64,000 nucleotides of DNA from Octopus vulgaris. Taxonomy: Eukaryota. Below are positions 54,855 through 64,000 of this stretch, one piece after another. The notes beneath the pieces were generated by a model that saw only the letters and a list, made by a program, of their open reading frames with translations, made no database searches and had not been told where the DNA came from. Position numbers and translations under genes: made by a program. Each line of letters starts with the position of its first letter. Positions within the stretch are counted from its first letter, which is position 1. The stretch spans positions 55,304,001 to 55,368,000 of the forward strand of contig OX597818.1 in NCBI GenBank assembly GCA_951406725.2, read 5' to 3'.

Positions 54855-55397
54855 AGTGGCTCCCATGGCTCCTGATTGGAAGTGTTATAATGTACATTGT
54901 TTTGTCTTGGTATAAAAGATGGGCTACAGCAAATATTCTGCTCAATACCACAGATTTGCTTGTCAGTTGTTTGACCTTAACCAGTTGACCATGTCCCTTA
55001 GTGGCTGACGATATGTGCATCTCTGAACACGAGCAGAAGTAGTGGGGGAGCATCATAGCCATGTGTTGAGAGGGATTCTTGGAGGTTTGGATAATTCATC
55101 TTTGGAAACATGAGTGTTTCGTTCAACATCCTTAAACAACCCTTATTCACGGACGGGCATTTTGAGCGGGATGGGCTACTCAACCCGAAGAAAATTCTAA
55201 CTGGGCCCCACCCGCAAGGTCATGTGCTGTTTATCTTGATATGAGATCACCATGTGGCGCACATATGGTTGTGATGCATGTGCCTGGTGTACCCTTATCA
55301 GACGGGTAGTCATGATGGGTATAATGGGATTCGTGTATTTTACCCAAGTGACCCTTTGATAGCTTGCACTGCTCTCTCACTCAACAACAATAATAAT
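54855..55397 (+). mobile_element. Unclassified interspersed repeat, probable LINE 3' end with (CAA)/(TAA) tail
   Basis: Higher-complexity block inserted among SINE-B pieces and ending in a simple-repeat tail. No protein motif recognised. Confidence 0.3.
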
Positions 55398-55742
55398 CCT
55401 TTCTACTATAGGCACAAGGCCTGAAATTTTTTTTGGCGGGAAGACTAGTCGATTACATCGACTCTCGTGTTCAACTGGTCTTATTCTATCGACCACGAAA
55501 GGATGAAAGGTGAAGTCGACCTCGGCGGAATTTGAACTCAGAACGTAAAGACGGAAGAAATGTCGCTAAGCATTTCGTCTACAGCGCTAACGATTCTACC
55601 AGCTTGCCGTCTTAATGATGATGATAATTGTTGTAGATGGATGGGGGTGAAAAGTCGAATAAAAACCAGTTTTCTGCCGTTTTCAGTGAGAAAAAAAAAG
55701 CGACTCGTTATGTTTATTCCATCCAACATAAAAATCTTGTTT

Positions 55743-55800
<58 letters not shown>

Positions 55801-56030
55801 ACATTTTTATGGTGGAGAGGGAGATGAAAAAAAACAACACAAACAAATCTTTTTTTGTTGTTTTGTTTTCAATTGTTGGCTTTTGAGAGATTTTCATTGA
55901 AATATTTTCCCAATCTTACGCCTGAGAAATCCGCTTTGCCTTTAATTCTGTTGTCATTCATAAATATACCTCGGTCGTTATAAAGAGACTTTGCTACCGC
56001 TATCAACCCTGACAACAACGGAATGTGTTG

Positions 56031-56081
<51 letters not shown>

Positions 56082-56233
56082 ATTACATAATACTGTGAGC
56101 TTGTAAATATGGTGTTATATACCGTATACATACTTCAAGATGTATTATTAAATCATATAGAGGTACATGAACTTGGGTAGTGTAACCTTAATTCATCAAT
56201 TTAATCTGTACACAAGCACACACACTATATCTC

Positions 56234-56268
<35 letters not shown>

Positions 56269-56272
<4 letters not shown>

Positions 56273-56361
56273 CAAAATAAGCAACAAGGATATCCAAGGT
56301 AGTGTAGTACAACCGTTTTGTACTACACTACCTTGGATATCCTTGTTGCTTATTTTGATTA
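56269..56361. repeat. Perfect 44-bp-arm fold-back (5-nt loop)
   Basis: 56269-56312 is the reverse complement of 56318-56361, with loop CCGTT, adjacent to (TA)n. Confidence 0.9.
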
Positions 56362-56740
56362 AAATCACCCCATTTGAATTATATAACATACCAAATTCTG
56401 GTGCCTTTAACTTAAGTACCATATTCATCTGCTGAACTTACATATAATATATATATATATAAAACTAGCAAAAAAATTACTGGATAATTTTTTTTTTTTG
56501 CTAGTTTATTTTGTTTCTTTGTCTTCTCTCCTGGTGCTATATGAACATCTAATGTGGTTTTAGAGTCAGGTTTTGACTGCTATTTCCAGCGTGGTGGTAT
56601 CTCTTAGATACCCTAAATTATAATTTTAATAATAATTATTACCTTTGAAAGGTTTTTATCCCCATGCTGACCACCTGATAAGATCGGTATTTAGATATCG
56701 ATCTTATTCTTATTTATATAAATTTGTTGAACTTAGTTCG

Positions 56741-56782
56741 ATTTGAAAACCCCACTAGAATGGGAGAAAGCGCTAATACATG
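56741..56782 (+). ncRNA. Hammerhead-like motif with U3-A8 core, stem I truncated
   Basis: AU-UUGAAAA-c-CCCA-cuagaa-UGGG-a-GAA-AGCGCU-A-AUACAUG, with palindromic stem III AGCGCU. Confidence 0.4.
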
Positions 56783-57238
56783 ATATATGTTATATGATGT
56801 ATAAAAACATGTAATATACAAATAAATATCTGTAAATATAAAACCATCCGAATTTCTGAGTACCTCATTTCTTCTAAGATATATATATATAAATATAAAC
56901 CAGCTTAGAGAAGAAGAAGAAACGAAACCAAACGAATCAAATCGATGCGAAGGCACTCAGTCATACAATAGTGTAATAAATAAAATATATGCATACATAC
57001 ATATATGTACGTACCTACATCTACATGTATATACATCCATATATAAATATATATACGTGTGTACGAGGATGTGTAATTCTATTAAGTATTAATTTGATGG
57101 TTTAAGACAGTTAAGGATTTAATAAACGTATAACTGTGTATATGTATATATACTGTATGCGAGTACAGGGTGTGTATATTGACTGTGTACCAGTATAAAC
57201 GATATTAGATTAATTATAAGGAGATATACCATATTCTC

Positions 57239-57269
<31 letters not shown>

Positions 57270-57793
57270 CAGTTAAAGTGATTGTAGGACTGTGTGCGCA
57301 CGCAAATATATAAACTCGCTGTAAAATTAAAAAGGTGGAATAAGATAAAACTAAAAAAACTTGTTTCCCAGTTGTATCAATTTCACCAATTCTGTAAATG
57401 TACTTAGAAGAGACTTGAATGAAATGTCACACTGAATCCAGTGGTGGAGAGGAAGGGAGGGAGAGGCAGAGAGGGTGGAGAGCTGGGGTACGTGAGGGTG
57501 AGTGTGGAGAGAGTGCTCTTTACTATTTAATTTCATTGAGGGATACGTTTGATAATGGTGAGCCAGCGGCAAGAGTTTCAAAACAACTCGGTTAATATGC
57601 TAGAAATAACAGCTAGATCTCTCTGACATCACAACGTTCTTGCAAAAAAACCCCATTAGAAGTGAGTTTACACTACTTGTATGATGGTGGATCTTATTTG
57701 CGACTACTATTCGATGTCAGAACAAGGAGACACACACACTCTCACTAATACATACATACATACACACATACATACATGCATACATACATATAC

Positions 57794-57824
<31 letters not shown>

Positions 57825-58574
57825 TACATACATACATACATACATACACATACATACATACATACACACACATACATACACACACACACATACATACATA
57901 CATACATACACATACATACATACATACACACACATACATACATACACACATACATACATACACACATACATACACACACATACATACATACCTACATACA
58001 CATACATACCTACATACACATACATACGCACACACACATACATGGATGTATGGTTCTTGTGCAGGTGGCACGTAAAAAACACCATTTGAGCGCGGCCGTT
58101 GCCAGCACCGCCTGATTGGCCCTCGTGCCAGTGGCATGTAAAAGCACCCCTACACTCTCAGAGTGGTTGGCATTAGTTAGGAAGGGCATCCAGCTGTAGA
58201 AACTCTGCCAGATCAGATTGGAGCCTGGTGCAGCCATCTGGTTCACCTGTCCTCAGTCAAAATCGTCCAACTCATGCCAGCATGGAAAGCCGACGTTAAA
58301 CGATGATGATGATGATATAATGTGTATATATATGTGTGTGTGTGTGTGTATATATATGTATATTGTGTCTGGAGAGTGTCATTCTCTTTTAGTGCTTTAT
58401 TAATTTGACACACTCACTGTTCTGATTTCCACTCATTTACTTATTTTATTTTTACTAAAATTTTCATTTATTTTTACTAAACTTTTCAATGCTTGTTGAC
58501 ACCATAAAATATGCTTCAACACACGAATTCACATGAATCTTGCAAACCAGACACAAAAGTGAAATATATACATA

Positions 58575-58970
58575 TAGTCATCTAATGGTGTGTGTGTGTG
58601 TATAGCTGTATTTAATGGTGGTGTATGTATATAAATATGTATATATATAGTGGTATTTAATTGTATATATGTATATATATTTGTATCTAATGGTGTATAT
58701 ATATGTATATACAGTTGTATTTAATGGTGTATGTATATAAATATGTATATATATAGTGGTATTTAATTGTATATATGTATATATAGTTGTATCTAATGGT
58801 GTATATATATGTATATACAGTTGTATTTAATGGTGTATGTATATAAATATGTATATATATAGTGGTATTTAATTGTATATATGTATATATAGTTGTATCT
58901 AATGGTGTATATATATGTATATACAGTTGTATTTAATGGTGTGTATGTATATATAGATGTATTTAATAGT
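58575..58970. repeat. About 106-bp higher-order tandem repeat built from AGT(T/G)GTAT(T/C)TAAT(G/T)G subunits
   Basis: TCTAATGGTG recurs near 58580, 58686, 58792 and 58898. Confidence 0.8.
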
Positions 58971-59015
58971 GGAATTGTGTATATTCATATATTTTTCTTT
59001 TTTTCTTTTCTGCAG

Positions 59016-59051
59016 AAAATCCTTACCAAAAACGGCAGCAGTTCGCCAAAG
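59016..59051 (+). CDS. Candidate 36-nt symmetric exon (KILTKNGSSSPK / NPYQKRQQFAK / SLPKTAAVRQ)
   Basis: Very strong acceptor TTTTTCTTTTTTTCTTTTCTGCAG, donor AAG|GTTGGT, no stop codon in any frame. Confidence 0.35.
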
Positions 59052-59613
59052 GTTGGTTCAACTTTACACTTGCATTCCCCCCCCCTTCGTTTTGTTAAAC
59101 ATCACAAAATTTGGTAGTATTCGTGGTTGTGGAGGTGGTGATCTCAATAGCAAGAGTGGTGGTGGTGGTGGTAGTCTGGGTTGTAGTAGGTGGAATGTAA
59201 GTGGTTGTGTTTCAGTGTTGGTGGTGGTGGTGGTATGAAGCTTGTAATTAATACTGATGTAGTAGCAGCAGCAGCAGTAGTAGTAGTTGATGGTGTCTTG
59301 CTGTTGTTGTTGATTAGGTCTTGGTCAGCTTTCATCAAGCAAACTTATGACCAAACACCTTCCAACTGTGACCTTCCCATCTGCTGTATTTCCAGACTCT
59401 TGTGTATAAGCTGGTGCCATTATTCTTTATTAAAGAGAGCAGGGTGTGATTTTAAGAAGATTTTGCTGATGTTTCTAGTAATTTGAACAGACCACATAAG
59501 TTACTGTAGGCTGATATTAGCTAGTATTCGTGGTGCTGGTATCGCTGCTGCTACTACTAGTACTATTATTATTATTATTGTTATCATTATTATTATTGTT
59601 ATTATTATTATTA

Positions 59614-59980
59614 TTATTACCTCTGCCTTAGCAAAGGCAGAGGTATTGTTTTCAGTCTTGTTTGTTTGTCCATGGACAAGATATCTCGAAAACCACTGGA
59701 TAGATTCAGATGAAACTTTCAGGGATGATTGGGCCTCATGACTAGCACGAACTGATTAGATTTTGGGATCGATCCGGTACTGGACAAGGATTCTTGATTA
59801 TTTCTCCTGTATTTAAAAAAATTTTTTTTAACTTCATTTTTGCGAGCAGTCGGGTTCATTTTTAGTATTCTTGTTTGAGAGAGCAGTCAAGTTTATTTCA
59901 GAAATTCTCATTTTAAAAATCATGAGAGGACCTTGGTGTTGCCTTGGGGAAGGTTTGCACTCTCTAAGTGCTCTTATTGT
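59614..59980 (+). mobile_element. Helentron-associated non-autonomous element (HINE/DINE-1-like)
   Basis: 5' TTATTACCTCTGCC with hairpin TACCTCTGCCTT/AAGGCAGAGGTA, (GTTT)n tract, 3' subterminal GGGGAAGGT and GCACT...AGTGC hairpin, inserted in T-rich DNA. Confidence 0.7.
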
Positions 59981-60187
59981 TGTTATTATTATTATCAAGG
60001 CAGCGAGCTGGCAGAAATGTTAGCATGCCAGGCAAAATGCTTAGTGGTATTTTGTCTGTCTTTATGTTCTGAGTTCAAATTCCGCCGAGGTCGACTTTGC
60101 CTTTCGTCCTTTTGGGGGTCAATAAGTTAAATACCAGTTGCAAAATTTCGGGCCTTGTACGTACCTAGAGTAGAAAAAAAAAATTTT

Positions 60188-60645
60188 TTATTATTATTAT
60201 TCTTCATATATATGCACAACAGATTAGACTGTTGGAAAAGAAAAAAAATCATGATATCAGACTACAAGTAACCTTAGATGCAAACAACCCTCCTAAGTAT
60301 CCTAGCTGTCCCTAATAACACCGTTTTCTGGAACTGTAGTACTAAACTGGGTTTTATACCTATTTCCTCTGTTCAGATCTTCAGGAATAGTTCCCAATGC
60401 ACCTAAAAAACTACGGGGGATACATTTTACCCACACTTTCCACAGTCTCTGTAATTCAATCGCTAAGTCCTGGTACTTTGCTACTTTTTGCTATACCCCT
60501 CATACTGTTATTTTTTTTGCCATCATTTTGGATGATAAAGTCAACTATCTGGCATTTTCTATTCTCTTTATCTACTACTACTACTACTTCTACTACTACT
60601 ATATCAGGCCTTCTAGCTTCTATTACTCTGACAGTCTGAATGTTG
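60188..60645 (-). mobile_element. R4/Dong-clade LINE 3' end (restriction-like endonuclease domain, decayed)
   Basis: IQTVRVIEARRPDIVVV..DKENRKCQIVDF / KYQDLAIELQRLWKV / GALGTIP / LQFQKTVLLGTARILRRVVCI* (stop at 60274-60276). Flanked by TAA repeats. Confidence 0.85.
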
Positions 60646-61310
60646 TTGTTGTTATTATTATTGTCTCTGTTTTTATTATTATTATTATTATTTTTCAAGT
60701 TCTGACGGGGTCAACTTTACCCTTCCTCCTCTCAGGGTTGATAAAATAAGTACCAGTTGAGTGCTGGGGTCAATGTAATCATCTGGTCCTCTCTCCAAAA
60801 ATGTCAGTCCTTGTACATATAGTAGAAAAGATTATTATTACTACTACTACTAATACTAGTTGTATCAGTACCAATAGTAACAGTGGTGACATTTGTAGTG
60901 TATGTGTAATACACACACACACATACTGTAGATATGGCACTGTCGTAAAAGTAGTAGTAATAGCAGCAGCAGTAATAGTAGTAGTAGTAGTAGTAGCAGT
61001 AGTAATACTAATAGCAGCAGTAGGAATAGTAGTAGTAGTAGTAGTAGCAGTAGTAATACTAATAGCAGCAATAGGAATAGTAGTAGTAGTAGTGCAGCAG
61101 TAGCAGTAGTAGCATACTAGCAGTAGTAGCAGTAGAGCAGAGTAGTAGGAAAATATAGTAGTAGTAGTAGTAGCAGGCAGCAGTAGTAATAGTAGTAGTA
61201 GTAGTAGTAGCAGTAATGATAGTAGTAGTAGCAGTAGTAGTAGTAGTAGTAGTAGTTTGTAAGCAATTGTTGTGGTTGTGGTTGTGGTGGTGGTGGTATA
61301 GTGTTTGTTG

Positions 61311-61768
<458 letters not shown>

Positions 61769-64000
61769 GTGGAAAACAAAACAATGGAGGTGGCTCATGA
61801 ATGGGTGTGCAGTGGAGTGCGGTGAAGGTGAAATTTTGATAAAATGTCAAAGAAGCACACCTCCCCCACCCCCCCTCATACGCACACACACATACAGACA
61901 CTCACACCCACACACACACACACACACTTATTGTTGTAAGTCTGTCTCTAGCTGCCATTAACTTATCTTTCTGGTAAAAGGTCTCTGCTGTTGTGTCTTC
62001 CCCACCCACCACCACCACCCACCGTAATTACCCCAGTGTACCTTGGAATACAGGGAGGCTGGAGATAGTTCTCTGTTTGGTATTATGTTTCCATGGAAAG
62101 TGTAATTCCTAAAGTGTGTGTCTTGTGTGCGAATTCATTTACTCTCATCGGCTTCCGTCATTGCACTGTGGCCATGCTGGAGCACTACTTCAAAGGATTT
62201 GATCGACGGAACCAACTCAAGTACTTGTCTATAAATCTGGTACTTATTTTATTGTTCTCTATTTGCCAAACTGCTAAGTTACAGGAACGTTAATCAACAC
62301 TGGTTGTCGAGTATAGCAAGAAAAACATGCATACAGAGGCATAGCTGTGTGGCTAAGATGTTCGCTTGTGAACCACATGGTTTCAGGTTCAGTCCCACTG
62401 CATGGCAACTCAGCTGTCTTGTGCTAGACTAACCGAGGCCTTGTGAGGGATTTGGTGCATGGAAACTGAAAGAATCCTGTCATGTATTGTATGTATCTCC
62501 TTGTCCTCTCATCCTCACATCATCATCATCATCATTTAACGTCCGCTTTCCATGCTAGCATGTTGGACATATGACCGAGGGCTGGCGAACCAGATGGCTG
62601 CACCAGGCTTCAATCTTTATCTGGCAGAGTTTCTACAACTGGATGCCCTTCCTAACACCAACCACTCTGAGAGTGTAGTGGGGGCTTTTACGTGCCAGTC
62701 AGGCAGCACTGGCAACAACCTCGCTCAAATCTTTTACACATGCCACTGGCACAGGTGCCAGTAAGGCGATGCTGGTAACGATCACGCTTGAATGGTGTCT
62801 TTTACGTGCCACCGGCACAGTTGTAATTGAGTATCACATCATACATGCAGTGTCATTTGTTTCTAGTCTTCTGTGAAGGCAGGTGGCTTGGTGGTTAGGG
62901 TAGTCAGCTCATAAGTTCAATTCCCAGTAGCATATTCAAACTGTAGGTGGTACGAAAAAAATGGAACAAAAAGTATGATATAATATGTATATGAAGGCGC
63001 ATGGCTCAGTGGTTAGAACATCGAGCTTATGATCGTGCGGTTATGAGTTCAATTCTCAGACCGGGCTGCATGTTGTGTTCTTGAGCAAGACACTTTATTT
63101 CATGTTGCTCCATTTCCACACAGCTGGCAAAAATGAGTTGTACCTGTATTTTAAAGGGCCAGCCTTGTTACATCCTGTGTCATGTTGAATCTCCCTGAAA
63201 ACTATGGGTATGAGTGTCTTCTGGAGTACTCAGCCACTTGCATGTTAATTTCACTAGCAAGCTGTTCCGTTGATCCAGTAGACTGGAACCCTTGTTGTTG
63301 TGATTTGACAGAGAGCCAGTTATGTTATCTGTTAAAACACACATGCCCACGGGGAAATATTATCATACTTGGTAATGAATGAATGTTGGCCACAGGAGGG
63401 GTACCTAGCATTAGAAAATTTGCCTCGGCAAATTCCATTTAACCTATGCAAGAAGGAAAAAGCATCATCGTACAACATCCACTTTCAATGCTGGCATGGG
63501 TTGGACGGTTTGAGGGCTGGCAAGCCAGTGGGCTGCACCAGGCTCCAATCTGATCTGGCAGAGTTTCTACAGTTGGATGCCCTTCCTAACACCAACCACT
63601 CTAAGAGTGTAATGGGTGCTTTTAATTGCCACTGGCAAGAGGTCCAGTCATGTGGTACTGGCATCGGCCACGCTCAAATGGTGCTTTTTACATGCCACCT
63701 GCACAGGAGCCAGTCCGGCAGCACTAGTAACAACATCGTTCGAATGTTCTTTTTTTTTATGTGCCACCGAGATGGCAGCCAGCCAGAGGCCCTGACTTTC
63801 AACAATCACATTCGAATGGTGCTTTTAACATTTCACTGGTATGGGTGCCAATCACGCAGTACTGTTATCGGCCACGACAGCAATTTCACTTGCCCCAACA
63901 GGTCTTCACAAGCATAGTTTATTGTCTAATGATTGAAGGGTACTCTTAAATGGGCCGGTTACACAGCACTGGCATAGGCCACAGTTGTGGTCTCTCTTGG

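Overview
AT-rich, repeat-dense eukaryotic DNA, very likely an octopus/coleoid cephalopod genome (inferred from the SINE families and the very high density of (TA)n/(CA)n/(GA)n/(TAA)n microsatellites). I see no convincing multi-exon or long host CDS. Nearly all ORF-track entries are translated microsatellites or SINE bodies. Recognisable content: three tRNA-derived SINE families, an RTE-related (GAT)n-tailed element, 3' ends of a CR1/L2-type LINE (32.1-32.5 kb) and an R4/Dong-type LINE (60.2-60.6 kb), a Penelope-like GIY-YIG relic (31.2 kb), a non-autonomous Helitron (48.2-48.6 kb), a Helentron-type HINE (59.6-60.0 kb), two degenerate tRNA-Glu copies and a few weak micro-exon candidates. Most interesting signal: several minimal type I hammerhead-ribozyme motifs in Penelope-like terminal remnants. 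They include canonical C3-G8 cores and apparent compensatory G3-C8 and U3-A8 cores, and one is locked inside a perfect 52-bp fold-back. Also notable: a 331-bp near-perfect inverted duplication, a perfect DR1 nuclear-receptor element cluster, an RFX X-box next to ATG|GTGAGT, and an apparent CpG-poor/CpG-rich/CpG-poor domain structure. All calls are by eye; repeat boundaries are approximate.
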